From positions 192,001 through 256,000 of the forward strand of contig JAVJQW010000023.1 in assembly GCA_040218735.1 (NCBI GenBank): DNA of 64,000 nt, given 5' to 3'. Made by a program: the position numbers and the translations under genes. This document shows positions 45,850 to 55,589 of this stretch, in pieces. The notes beneath the pieces are model-generated. The model was not told the origin of the DNA. It was given only the letters and a program-made list of their open reading frames with translations, and did not search any database. Origin of the DNA: Deltaproteobacteria bacterium. Its GTDB lineage: Bacteria; Myxococcota; Kuafuiibacteriia; Kuafuiibacteriales; Kuafuiibacteriaceae. The number at the start of each line of letters is the position of its first letter. The first letter of the stretch is position 1.

Positions 45850-47313
45850 ATGAGTATCCGTCGGATCGGCGACGACCGAGGCGCGGGGCGGCCCGTCCCG
45901 ATTGCCATCGCCGTGCCCGGCGAAGCGTTGGTCGGGTGGACGGTACGCGAAGCGCTCCGAGAGCTCGGCCTCGGCGACCGGCTCGGCGACGACATCCACG
46001 TCGCACCCGACGGGACGGTGCGCCACCAAGACCTCGTCACGCGGTTGAGCTCGAACGAAGACGTCGTGGCGCTCTTCTCGGCCATTGACGAATCGATCGA
46101 TCCGGACTTCGCGATGCAGGTGCTTCGTGACATCGAGATCACGCGCCAGGACAGGTTCGCCAACGACTACTTCCTCAACGGCGATGTCCTCGACGGGACG
46201 GGCGCGACGCAACGTACGCAGCGCAACTCACTCCCGGCGCACTACCTCAAGGGTCGCGCGTTTCAGCTGGCAAGGGCGCCGGGTCCCCGGGTCGAGCCGA
46301 TCATCGCGGAGGGCCTCGCCGACGACGCCGAGGTCGCTGCGCTGCTCGCGAAGCTGAAGGGCGCGCTCCCCGGCCACCCGGCGGAGCACGCGCTCGAATC
46401 GCAGACGTTGATCTCGGTGCGTACGGCCAGCTCGGAGCGGAGCGTGCGCATCCCGGGGTCCGGCATGACGCTCAAGCTCCCGCTCCTGAAGAATCACACG
46501 GCGTACTGCGTTCGACCGATCCCGGAGGCACACCTGCAGGCGTGCCTCGACCAGAGCCAGGAGTTGGCGCGACGCTCCGAGACGCTGTCGAAGCACTTCG
46601 CGTTCCTCCCGGAGTTCGCGGGGCTGCCGGGCGACGAAGCGTCCGTGCTCGTCCGCTCCGAGCGCCCGTTCCCCCCGGCTCCCAAGGAGACGTGGGTCAT
46701 CCGAGGTTACTCACTCACGTCGGTCGACCTTCACCACCCGACGCAGCCCCCCGCGCTCATCCGCATGGCGAGGGCCGCGCAGCGCGCCGGCCACGATCCC
46801 ATCGCGTGGGCCCTGGAGCGGATCGTCCGTCCGCTGATCGAGGTCGGGCTCGACGTGCACGTCGACCTCCGCGCGCGCGGCTCGATCCACCGACAGAACC
46901 TCGGCATCGAGCTCGACGCCAACGGACCGACCGGCCGCTGGGTCGTCCAGGACCTGAGCGACCTCGAGCTGGATGCGAGCGTCGAGGCGAGCCGACACAG
47001 CTTCGGCGTCTTCGTCATCTCCCACCACCTCCGCACCTTCGACGCGGTGCTCCGCGAGTACTACCCGGACGAGACGGACCGGATCCTCGACGGCATCCAG
47101 CGCGAGCTCGCCGACGCCCTCGCCGCGCGCTCCGCGCAGCTCGACGCCGAGGACATGGGCCCCTTCCGGAAGATCCGCGACCTCGCCGCGCAGCGAAAGT
47201 ACAAGTGGATCCGAAACGACGAAGTCGACGCCGCGCGCACGAAGATGCGCGAGCGACAGCAGGCGAAGATCGAGCGCATCACGCGCCTGCTCGGCCCTCG
47301 ATCGAAGCGATGA
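45850..47313 (+). CDS. IucA/IucC (NIS synthetase)-like domain protein
   Basis: SVRT...LKLPL, FLPE, HRQNL and QDLSD resemble the NIS motifs SxRT, KL, HxQN and RD. Confidence 0.55.
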   Translation: MSIRRIGDDRGAGRPVPIAIAVPGEALVGWTVREALRELGLGDRLGDDIHVAPDGTVRHQDLVTRLSSNEDVVALFSAIDESIDPDFAMQVLRDIEITRQDRFANDYFLNGDVLDGTGATQRTQRNSLPAHYLKGRAFQLARAPGPRVEPIIAEGLADDAEVAALLAKLKGALPGHPAEHALESQTLISVRTASSERSVRIPGSGMTLKLPLLKNHTAYCVRPIPEAHLQACLDQSQELARRSETLSKHFAFLPEFAGLPGDEASVLVRSERPFPPAPKETWVIRGYSLTSVDLHHPTQPPALIRMARAAQRAGHDPIAWALERIVRPLIEVGLDVHVDLRARGSIHRQNLGIELDANGPTGRWVVQDLSDLELDASVEASRHSFGVFVISHHLRTFDAVLREYYPDETDRILDGIQRELADALAARSAQLDAEDMGPFRKIRDLAAQRKYKWIRNDEVDAARTKMRERQQAKIERITRLLGPRSKR

Positions 47314-47420
47314 TCCCCCGATCACAACGCCCCGAGAACGTGACGGGGATCAACGCTTCGACCGCCCGCGACCGCCGCGCGGCGTTCGGCGTCGCGAATT
47401 GATCTTTTTTTCGTCCCCGC

Positions 47421-47447
47421 TGCATCCAATCACCCGCGCCCCACGAA
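47421..47447 (+). promoter_or_regulatory. Putative ECF promoter TGCATCC-N16-CGAA
   Basis: Same boxes and spacing as upstream of the ECF sigma gene; immediately before the ATG at 47451/47457. Confidence 0.65.
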
Positions 47448-47450
47448 GGC

Positions 47451-49346
47451 ATGGGCATGACCACACGCATCATCGCCCCCCTCGCCCTCTCTCTACTCTT
47501 CGCCTGCTCCAGCTCGAACGTCACCGACGCCCCGCCGGACGCGCGCCGCACCTCCCTCGTCGCGCTCACGCACCTCGCGCCGAACATCGCGCCCGTCGAC
47601 GTGTTCCTCGTCGGTGACGACGCACCCGTCGCGCGCGGGCTCGCGTACGGCGCGCCGAGCGCCGTCGTGCCCGTCCCGCCCGGGCGCATCTCGTTCGACG
47701 TGGTCCAGTCCGGACAGCGCCTCCGCACGATCGACATGAACGTCGAGACCGCGCGCGCCTATACCGCCGTCGTGCTCGGCGACCGCAACGTCGTCCTCGA
47801 GGACGCCAGCACGAACGGCACCGGCCTCCGCCTCGTGCACGCCGCGCCGAGCGTCGGTGACATCGACGTCTGGGACCTCGACGCCGGCTCGATGATCGTC
47901 GAACGCCTCGCCTTTGGTACGGCGAGCCCGGCCACCGAGATCCCCGTTCGTTCGCGTCGCTTCGGAATCGACGTCGACGCCGACGCCGTCGCCGACCTCG
48001 TCTACGACCTCGCCGAGCTCCCCACCGGCCAGCTCGTCGACCTTTACGCCGTCGAAGAGGAAGGCACCGTCGTCCTCCGCTCGTACCTGTCGTCCGGCAG
48101 CCAGACGATGATGCCCGAGCCCGAGCCCGTCGCGAACGGTGAGATCCGCGTGCTGCACCTCTCGCCCGACGCGCCGAACGTCGACGTCTTCGCGAACGGC
48201 GCGCTCGGCGTCGAGAACCTCGAGTTCACCCGCGGCACCGCGTTCATCGAGCTGCCGCCCGACGACTACACCTTCGACGTCACCGCGACCGGTCAGACCG
48301 ACGCCGTCATCAGCGCCGAGCTCGCCCTCGCCTCCGACACCGCGTTCACCGCCGTCGCATTCGACAGCGTCGCCAACCTCCAGCTCCTCGTACTCCCCGA
48401 AGATCGCTCGCCCGTCACCAACGGCGCCCGCATCCGCGTCGTCCACGCCGCGGTCGGCGTCGGTGAAGTCGACGTCCTGAACGCGGACGACAACAGCATC
48501 CTCCTCGACGACGTCGGCTTCGGCGCCGCCACCGCGCAGTTCGAAGCGCCCGCCGGCGTGCACGCGTTCGGCCTCGACCTCGACGACGACGCCAACCCCG
48601 AGCTGATCTTCGACCTCCCCGAGCTGCCGAACGGCGCCTCCGCGAACATCTTCGCCGTGACCGACGAAGTCGGCGCGTTCCTCCTCGTGCAGCTCTCCGA
48701 CGGCACCACCATCCCGGTCCGCCCGCGCCACGTCGAGCCGACCGCCGTCGCGAACGCCCGCGCCATTCACCTGTCGCCCGACGCGCCCGCCGTGAACGTC
48801 TACGCAAACGGCGACGCCGTCACGACGCTCGAGTTCCAAGAGGGCACCGGCTACGTCGAGCTCCCCGCGGGTGACAACGACATCGCGGTCTCCACCGGCG
48901 CGCTCGCCGACGCGTTCCTCGGCCCGCTCACGCTCGACCTCGCCGAGGACGACAACTACACCGTCGCGGTGTTCGGCGCGGCCGCGATGCCCGACGCGCT
49001 CGTGCTCACCGACGACCTCTCCGAGCCCGCCGCCGGCAACATCCGCATCCGCGCGATCCACACCGCGGTCGGCGTGGGCGAGGTCAACATCATCACCGGC
49101 GGCGCGCCGCTGTACGAAGACGTCCCGTTCGGCGCCGCGGGCGATGCGCTCGAGGTCCCGGCCGGCGCGTACATCATCGGCCTCGACGTGAACGACGACC
49201 ACCACCCCGACGTGAGCTTCGCGCTCCCGAACCTCGCCGCCGGCACGATCGCCAACGTGTTCGCGACGAGCGACGGACACGGCACGGTGTTCCTCCTCGC
49301 GCAGCTCGCCGACGGCACTATCGTTCGCGTGGACGCCCAGCACTGA
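47451..49346 (+). CDS. Lipoprotein with three DUF4397-like repeats
   Basis: Lipobox LFAC; HLAPNIAPVDV, HLSPDAPNVDV and HLSPDAPAVNV units, each followed by an RxxHA half-repeat. Confidence 0.88.
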   Translation: MGMTTRIIAPLALSLLFACSSSNVTDAPPDARRTSLVALTHLAPNIAPVDVFLVGDDAPVARGLAYGAPSAVVPVPPGRISFDVVQSGQRLRTIDMNVETARAYTAVVLGDRNVVLEDASTNGTGLRLVHAAPSVGDIDVWDLDAGSMIVERLAFGTASPATEIPVRSRRFGIDVDADAVADLVYDLAELPTGQLVDLYAVEEEGTVVLRSYLSSGSQTMMPEPEPVANGEIRVLHLSPDAPNVDVFANGALGVENLEFTRGTAFIELPPDDYTFDVTATGQTDAVISAELALASDTAFTAVAFDSVANLQLLVLPEDRSPVTNGARIRVVHAAVGVGEVDVLNADDNSILLDDVGFGAATAQFEAPAGVHAFGLDLDDDANPELIFDLPELPNGASANIFAVTDEVGAFLLVQLSDGTTIPVRPRHVEPTAVANARAIHLSPDAPAVNVYANGDAVTTLEFQEGTGYVELPAGDNDIAVSTGALADAFLGPLTLDLAEDDNYTVAVFGAAAMPDALVLTDDLSEPAAGNIRIRAIHTAVGVGEVNIITGGAPLYEDVPFGAAGDALEVPAGAYIIGLDVNDDHHPDVSFALPNLAAGTIANVFATSDGHGTVFLLAQLADGTIVRVDAQH

Positions 49347-49369
49347 TTCGCGCTTAACTCGCGGGCGAA

Positions 49370-50023
49370 GTGGGCATCGCGTTCTTCGACTTCGACAAGA
49401 CGCTGATCCGGAAGAACTCCGGCGGCCTTTGGCTGGTCGACGAGCTTCGTCGCGGCGCCATCGGCTGGTTCGACTTCGCCCGCGCCGGCGTCTGGCTCGC
49501 CCGCTACAGCGTCGGCTTCGTGGACCTCGAAGCCGGCCTCCGCCTCGCCATCCGAAGCCTGGAAGGCACCCGCGAGGACGACCTCCGCCAACGCGTCGAG
49601 GACTTCTACGCCGCCCGCGTGAAGCACCTCTACCGCCCCGGCGGCACCGCGGCGCTGCAACGCCACCGCGAAAACGGCGACCGCATCGTCCTCCTCACCT
49701 CGGCGTCGAACTACCTCTCCCAGATCGTCCAACGCGAGCTGGCGCTCGACGGCTTCCTCGCCAACCGCTTCTCGGTCGGCGCCGACGGCGTCTTCACCGG
49801 CGAACCCGACGGCGAGCTCTGCTACGGCCCCGGCAAGCTCTGGCACGCGAACGCGTACGCCGAAGAACACGGCGTCGCCCTCGCCGACTGCGCCTTCTAC
49901 ACCGACTCGATGGCCGACCTCCCGGTCCTCGAAGCGGTCGGCGTCCCGGTCGCGGTGAACCCGGATCCTCGGCTGCGCCGCCACGCGCTGGGGCGCGGGT
50001 GGTCGGTAGAGGATTGGGGTTAG
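49370..50023 (+). CDS. HAD-superfamily subfamily IB hydrolase
   Basis: FFDFDKTL, LTSAS, GPGK and YTDSMADLP motifs. Confidence 0.9.
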   Translation: MGIAFFDFDKTLIRKNSGGLWLVDELRRGAIGWFDFARAGVWLARYSVGFVDLEAGLRLAIRSLEGTREDDLRQRVEDFYAARVKHLYRPGGTAALQRHRENGDRIVLLTSASNYLSQIVQRELALDGFLANRFSVGADGVFTGEPDGELCYGPGKLWHANAYAEEHGVALADCAFYTDSMADLPVLEAVGVPVAVNPDPRLRRHALGRGWSVEDWG

Positions 50024-50622
50024 TCGGGCTTCACCGGCGTGTACGGCTTCTCGAGGAGCGTCACGAAGGTGTCGCCCGTCCCCGAGGGGTGCTTCGCTTC
50101 TCCGCGATCCAGGCGCGCGCGGCGCTTCGCCCAGCCGGCTTGGTCGATTCGGTAGAACGTGTAGTCGTGGCCGTTTTCGGACCACGAATCGAACGGCTGG
50201 TAGCCGAGGCGGCGCACCACGGCGTCGGCGGCGCGGTTGTCGGAGCGCGTTCGCCAGCCGACGGCCTCCACGCGGAGGTGCTCGAAGACGTAGTGCGCCA
50301 TCGCGTCGGTGGCGTTGAGGGCGGAGAAGGCGTCGCGGTCCTCCGGGTCGGCGATGACGTAGCCGAACTCCCAGAAGTCGAACGTGCCCTTCGGCGGATA
50401 GAACACCGCGAAGCCGATCCGTTTGTCGTCGCTCACTCGCTTCAGTAGACCGACCACCAGGTTGCCCTCGCGGTACGAGCGCATGATGCGGAGACGACCG
50501 GGCCCCGGCAGGCCGAACATCTGCCAGACCTCCTCGCGATCGTAGAGCTCGAAGATCCACGTGAGATCGTCGCCCTCGGGCGGGATGCAGTAGATCGTCC
50601 GCCGCTGGATTCCGTACTCCAT
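50020..50622 (-). CDS. GNAT acetyltransferase (RimJ/RimL-like)
   Basis: WEFGY, YVFEHL and DNRAADAVVRRLGY motifs. Confidence 0.75.
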   Translation of the reverse strand: MEYGIQRRTIYCIPPEGDDLTWIFELYDREEVWQMFGLPGPGRLRIMRSYREGNLVVGLLKRVSDDKRIGFAVFYPPKGTFDFWEFGYVIADPEDRDAFSALNATDAMAHYVFEHLRVEAVGWRTRSDNRAADAVVRRLGYQPFDSWSENGHDYTFYRIDQAGWAKRRARLDRGEAKHPSGTGDTFVTLLEKPYTPVKPD

Positions 50623-50695
50623 GCGCGTGGACCGATCCTCGGGCTAGAGCCGACTCGATTCAAGCCGCGCCCCCGGGCGTGTATGCTCCGGTCTG

Positions 50696-52441
50696 ATGCG
50701 GGCATGTCCCGATTGCCTGGCGGTCTTCCTGGCCGATCCAGAGTTCTGCAGCTTCGACGGGACGAAGCTGCGATCCGGCGACGACGCCCTGAAGGGCAGC
50801 GAGCTGGCCGGGCACCGCATCGACGCCCTCCTCGGCCTCGGCGGCACCGGGTGTGTCTTCTCCGGCACCCGCATCGAAGACGGGCAACGCGTCGCGATCA
50901 AGGTGCTGTTCGGCGAGATGGCGTCGGACAAGAGCATCGCCCAACGCTTCGAGCGCGAAGCGAAGGCGATGAGCTCCATTTCCCACCGCAACGTCGTGGC
51001 GATCCACGACTTCGGCACGCTGAAGAACGGCCTCGTGTACCTCATCATGGAGCTACTCGACGGCATCACCCTGCGCGAACGCATCGAACAGAGCGCCCCC
51101 CTCACCAGCGACCACGCGGGACGCATCCTCGAAGAGCTCACGTCCGGCCTCGCCGAAGCCCACCGCCTCGGCTACGTGCACCGCGACCTCAAACCCGGCA
51201 ACGTGATCCTCACCGGGCCGTTCGGGAAGGAGCAGGTCAAGATCCTCGACTTCGGGATCGTCGCCAGCCTCCGCGAAGGCAAGGACAAGGAGCGCCTCAC
51301 CAAGACCGGCTACATCATCGGGACCCCGACCTACATGGCCCCGGAGCAGGTCGACCCCAGCGCCATCACCCCCCAGATCGACGTGTACGCGCTCGGTGTC
51401 ATCCTCTACGAGATGCTCACCGGAGATGCTCCATTCAATGGAACGCTCGAGCAAATCCTCGTCGCGAAGATGACCACCGAGCCGAAACCCATCCCGGACA
51501 GCGGCCTCCTCGGCGAGCTCGTCCTGCGGATGCTCGCGATGGAACCCGAGGACCGCCCGCCGAGCGCGCTGCACGTGAGCGCCGAGCTGTCCCGCCTCAG
51601 CCTCCTCACCGACGACCCCGCCACCGTCCGCGCCGACGCCCCGCAGCTCGGCCTGTGGACACCACCCGAGGAGGACGGCGGCGTCCGCATCATCGACCGG
51701 ACCGACGAAAACGACGTCGTCGTGGTGCCGGTCGATGAGGGCGAACGCCCGAGCGACCCGTGGGTGTCGGACACCCGCCGCGTCGACGTCGTCGACGCCA
51801 CGCTCCTGGAGTTCTCGGACGTCTCGACCCGCGAGAGCTTCGGTCAGCGGTCCGACACCGTGATCGAAGGCGTCGACCACAACGACACGTTCGAGGGGAT
51901 CCCGGGCGGCTCCCAGATCCCCGAGTCGCTGGAGGCGGACACCGGGGAAGACGACGCGCCGGAGAACATCCCGACGCGTATCACCGAGCGACCGGAGGAG
52001 CTCGTCTTCCCGTACAAGACCGACGAGAACGAGACCGAGGATACCCCCGGTCTGAACGAGGCGACGTTCGACGAGCAGCACCCACCCTTCACGCCGACCG
52101 ACGACGCCGGGGACGCCGACACCGCGCTCGACATGCGGATCGACCACCTCCTCGACGGCATCGCGCCGCGCGTCGAGGCGGTCGAAGAGCCGCGCAGCAA
52201 GACCGGCACGGCGCTCCTGGACGACATGCCGCCGATCGTCACGCCGGTCGCTTCGATCTCCTCGTCCGAGAAGGTGCCCCGGCAAATCACCGCACCGTTG
52301 GACCAGAGCACGCGGCGCTCGAGTCGCGTCTTCTGGGTGGGGATCGTGCTCGCCGTCCTGCTCGGCGTCGCGGCCGCGATGGTGATTATCATGGTGACGA
52401 ACGAGACGGTGTTGGTCGACGCGCGTCCGGACGACCCCTGA
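50696..52441 (+). CDS. Ser/Thr protein kinase with N-terminal Cys cluster and C-terminal TM
   Basis: CPDC...FC..DG; GLGGTG, HRDLKPGN, DFG, YMAPE. Confidence 0.93.
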   Translation: MRACPDCLAVFLADPEFCSFDGTKLRSGDDALKGSELAGHRIDALLGLGGTGCVFSGTRIEDGQRVAIKVLFGEMASDKSIAQRFEREAKAMSSISHRNVVAIHDFGTLKNGLVYLIMELLDGITLRERIEQSAPLTSDHAGRILEELTSGLAEAHRLGYVHRDLKPGNVILTGPFGKEQVKILDFGIVASLREGKDKERLTKTGYIIGTPTYMAPEQVDPSAITPQIDVYALGVILYEMLTGDAPFNGTLEQILVAKMTTEPKPIPDSGLLGELVLRMLAMEPEDRPPSALHVSAELSRLSLLTDDPATVRADAPQLGLWTPPEEDGGVRIIDRTDENDVVVVPVDEGERPSDPWVSDTRRVDVVDATLLEFSDVSTRESFGQRSDTVIEGVDHNDTFEGIPGGSQIPESLEADTGEDDAPENIPTRITERPEELVFPYKTDENETEDTPGLNEATFDEQHPPFTPTDDAGDADTALDMRIDHLLDGIAPRVEAVEEPRSKTGTALLDDMPPIVTPVASISSSEKVPRQITAPLDQSTRRSSRVFWVGIVLAVLLGVAAAMVIIMVTNETVLVDARPDDP

Positions 52442-52519
52442 TCCTTCGTCTCAGGCCGAGGCGGGCACGCAAGAGATCGCGCACGCAGGGCACCGAACGA
52501 GACAGGCGAACCCGGGCGC

Positions 52520-53230
52520 GTGCCTCGGTTGGGTGCGTTGCTCATGCTCCCGGAATCCGCGCCGATCGGAGGTTTCGTCAACGTGAAGAACGCAGCCTCA
52601 TCCCTGACCATCAGCGCCGTCATCGTCGTCGGCCCCCACCGCTTCCGCGGCGTCCTCAACGAGCTCGAACACCGGGGCTGTATCGTCGACCTGATCGACG
52701 ACATCACGATCGAGGTGCCCCTCGACACCCCCGTGTACATCGAGCTCCCGTCGATCGACGGCGCACGGATCACCGGGCGACTGCGCCGCCGCGTGGGCTC
52801 ACGCGTGACGATCGACGTCACGCGGAACAACAACGAACAACAGCGCTACTTCCCGCGCGTAACCGGCGGCATGTCGGTCGAATACCGGCTCGTTCCGAAC
52901 TCGATGACCGACGCACTCGGACGCTCGTGGCTCCGCGGGTTGTCGGTCGCGGACGACGGCGAGTGGTACGCCCCCTCCGGGGAGGTCGAGTTCAGCGCCT
53001 CCGGCCTCCGGTGTGAAGACGGCGTGGGCTGCGCCGTGGGTGACCTGGTGCTCCTCGCGCTCCACCCGAACAACAGGAACATCCCGATCCGCGCGACCGC
53101 GCGTGTCGTGCGCACGCTGCTCGACTCGGAACGCGCGATCGCCGTGGAGTTCGTCGACATCCGGACGCAGGACCTCGAGGTCCTCGCGCGACACACCTAC
53201 GACCAACAGGTCGCGACGCTGGACGACTGA
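52520..53230 (+). CDS. PilZ-domain protein
   Basis: QRYFPR (RxxxR-like), EFSASG, ARVVR and AVEF motifs. Confidence 0.7.
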   Translation: MPRLGALLMLPESAPIGGFVNVKNAASSLTISAVIVVGPHRFRGVLNELEHRGCIVDLIDDITIEVPLDTPVYIELPSIDGARITGRLRRRVGSRVTIDVTRNNNEQQRYFPRVTGGMSVEYRLVPNSMTDALGRSWLRGLSVADDGEWYAPSGEVEFSASGLRCEDGVGCAVGDLVLLALHPNNRNIPIRATARVVRTLLDSERAIAVEFVDIRTQDLEVLARHTYDQQVATLDD

Positions 53231-53231
53231 T

Positions 53232-53999
53232 TCATCGACAGACGCCTTCGCCGCCGTAACACAGCTCGCTCCGTTCGAACGTACCCGTCGCCACGAGCAC
53301 CCCGGCCGTCGCGCCGGCCGCGACGACCCCGACCCCCGCCCAGAACCACCACCGCGCGAAGATCGGCGGCGTCTTCTCCAACGCCACGGTGACTTCGCGC
53401 CGCGCGCCCGCGGTGAGATCGAGCTGCGCCTCGTAAGGCTCGTAGCCGTCGGCGTCGATCCGCAGCACGTGTGAGCCGACCGCTACGCCCCGCGCCGCGT
53501 CCGTCGCGGCGCTCGCCCCCAGGCGGATGGTCGCGTGGCGTGGCGTCACGTCGAAGAACACGTCCGCCCCGAGGGTGTGTCCCGCGGTCGACAGCCCCTC
53601 CTGAACCAACGTCCGCAGGACGGCGAGCAGGTCCTCCCCCTCCGCGTACTTCGACGCGCGCACCGTCGACGCCTCCGTGTCGAACACCTCCGCGGTGACG
53701 AGCGGCGGCGTGGTCGCGCGATTCACGATCGCAAACACGACGCGCGCGATCCCCGTCCCGCGGAGACGATCCGAGAGGCACTCGACCTTCGGTCCGCATG
53801 CACGCAGCGCCGAGTCGGGCGCGGAGACCGTCGAGCGCGCGCGCACTTGGAGATCCGAGAACTGGCGCGCCGCGTCCTCCGCGGCGCGGGCGACGTCGGT
53901 GCGCGACGGACCCTCCGGCGTATCCGGGCCAGCGGTTCGCGTGATCACCAACGTGTCGACCGGCGCAACCGCAGCGGTAATCACGAGGGCCCACCACAC
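53232..53999 (-). CDS. PEGA-domain membrane protein
   Basis: Signal peptide, GSHVLRIDADGYEPY, RWWFWAGVG segment. Confidence 0.75.
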   Translation of the reverse strand: MWWALVITAAVAPVDTLVITRTAGPDTPEGPSRTDVARAAEDAARQFSDLQVRARSTVSAPDSALRACGPKVECLSDRLRGTGIARVVFAIVNRATTPPLVTAEVFDTEASTVRASKYAEGEDLLAVLRTLVQEGLSTAGHTLGADVFFDVTPRHATIRLGASAATDAARGVAVGSHVLRIDADGYEPYEAQLDLTAGARREVTVALEKTPPIFARWWFWAGVGVVAAGATAGVLVATGTFERSELCYGGEGVCR

Positions 54000-54032
54000 G
54001 ACGGGGGATCATACCTGCTAGAGTCGCGCACA

Positions 54033-55589
54033 GTGACCCCGATTCAGTTCGGCGCCTACATGCTCCTGGAGCGCCTTGGGGCGGGCACGCAGGGAGACGT
54101 CTTCCTCGCGCGGCGCGCCGACCGGGACGGTCCGGTGGTGGTCATCAAGCGCATCGCGGTGGTCGGAATCCAGGACGACATGCTGGAGCGACGCTTCCGT
54201 CACGAGGCGGCGATGGCGACCGCGATCGAATCCCCGCACGTCGTCCGGGTCCTCGACTGCGGACGGGTCGGCGATCGGCTCTACACCGTCATGGAGTACG
54301 TGGCGGGGACGCCGCTATCGAACGTAGTCAAGGAGCTGAAGCGCATCGGCGAGTACGCGTCACTCGAATCCGTCGTCGACGTCGTCTGCGACGTGCTCGC
54401 CGGGCTGCACGCGCTCCACACCGCGACCGACATGGAGGGCACCCCGCTCGGCTTCGTGCACCGTGACATCGCGCCGAAGAACCTCGTCCTCGGCGAAGAC
54501 GGTCGAACGAAGGTCCTCGACCTGGGCCTCGGCCGTTCGGGGATGCGCGACTGGCGCACCGCGCAGGGCATCATCCTCGGCTCGCCGGGGTACATGGCGC
54601 CCGAGCAGGCGGTCGCGGACCCCGTCGATGCGCGCGCGGATCTGTTCTCCGTGGGTGCCTTGCTGTTCGAGCTCCTCACGCTGCGTCGGTACATCACCGG
54701 CGACAAACTCATCGACCTGGTCCTCGGCGCGACGCAGGACCGCTACGTCGCGCCGTCGTCGCTGCGCGCGAACATCCCGCCCGAGCTCGACGCGATCGTG
54801 GAGAAGGCGGTGCGGCTGGAGCGCGACGAACGTTTCCCCTCCGCGGCGGACTTTCGCGCGGCGCTCCGCGGTGTGTTCCCGGCGCGGGAAGCCAACCACG
54901 CCAAGTCCCTCGTCGCGCAGATGGCGTGGCGCGACGTCCTCGACAGCCGCGCGCGTGCGGACGCGCTCGCCCACGGCGCGTCGATCGCGGAGTACAGCGA
55001 GCAAGAAGCGGGACGGCAGGCGATCTACGCGTCGCGGACCGGCGAGCCTCCGGTGCAGACTCCAACCCCGACACGGCGCTCCTCGGTGCGCCTCCCGTGG
55101 GCCACGATCGCGGTGGGGTTGGTGACGTTCGTGCTGGGGTGGTTCGGGCGCGGGTTCTTGTGGTCGATGACGCCACCACCGGAGCGCCCCGTGGCGGCGA
55201 CGCCCACTCCGGCGGCCTCGCCGAGCGCGACGCCTCGGGCCACGCCGACGCCGAACGTCACCAACACGGCACGCGAGCCGGACCGGGCCGCGCCTCGGAA
55301 GATCGCGCGCAAGACGACGCGGCGCGCACCTCCGCCCGAAGTCGAAGCCCCCATCCCCGCGCCGCCGCCCAAGGCCGCACGTTCGTCGTCACCGCCCTCG
55401 GCTGCGCAGCTGCTCGCTCGCGCGAAGGCCGCCGCGGACGCGGCGAAGGGCCGCCCGCAACACGACGACGCGAAGCGACTCGTCATTCGCGCGCAGGGCC
55501 TCGCGCTCGCGAACGGAGGCGACGCGGCCGAGCGCACCGAGATCGCGAAGCAACTCGAATCACTGGAGCGCGCGCTGGCTACTCGATGA
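54033..55589 (+). CDS. Membrane Ser/Thr protein kinase
   Basis: GAGTQG, HRDIAPKN, DLG, YMAPE; TM segment and Pro-rich tail; likely GTG start at 54033. Confidence 0.9.
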   Translation: MTPIQFGAYMLLERLGAGTQGDVFLARRADRDGPVVVIKRIAVVGIQDDMLERRFRHEAAMATAIESPHVVRVLDCGRVGDRLYTVMEYVAGTPLSNVVKELKRIGEYASLESVVDVVCDVLAGLHALHTATDMEGTPLGFVHRDIAPKNLVLGEDGRTKVLDLGLGRSGMRDWRTAQGIILGSPGYMAPEQAVADPVDARADLFSVGALLFELLTLRRYITGDKLIDLVLGATQDRYVAPSSLRANIPPELDAIVEKAVRLERDERFPSAADFRAALRGVFPAREANHAKSLVAQMAWRDVLDSRARADALAHGASIAEYSEQEAGRQAIYASRTGEPPVQTPTPTRRSSVRLPWATIAVGLVTFVLGWFGRGFLWSMTPPPERPVAATPTPAASPSATPRATPTPNVTNTAREPDRAAPRKIARKTTRRAPPPEVEAPIPAPPPKAARSSSPPSAAQLLARAKAAADAAKGRPQHDDAKRLVIRAQGLALANGGDAAERTEIAKQLESLERALATR

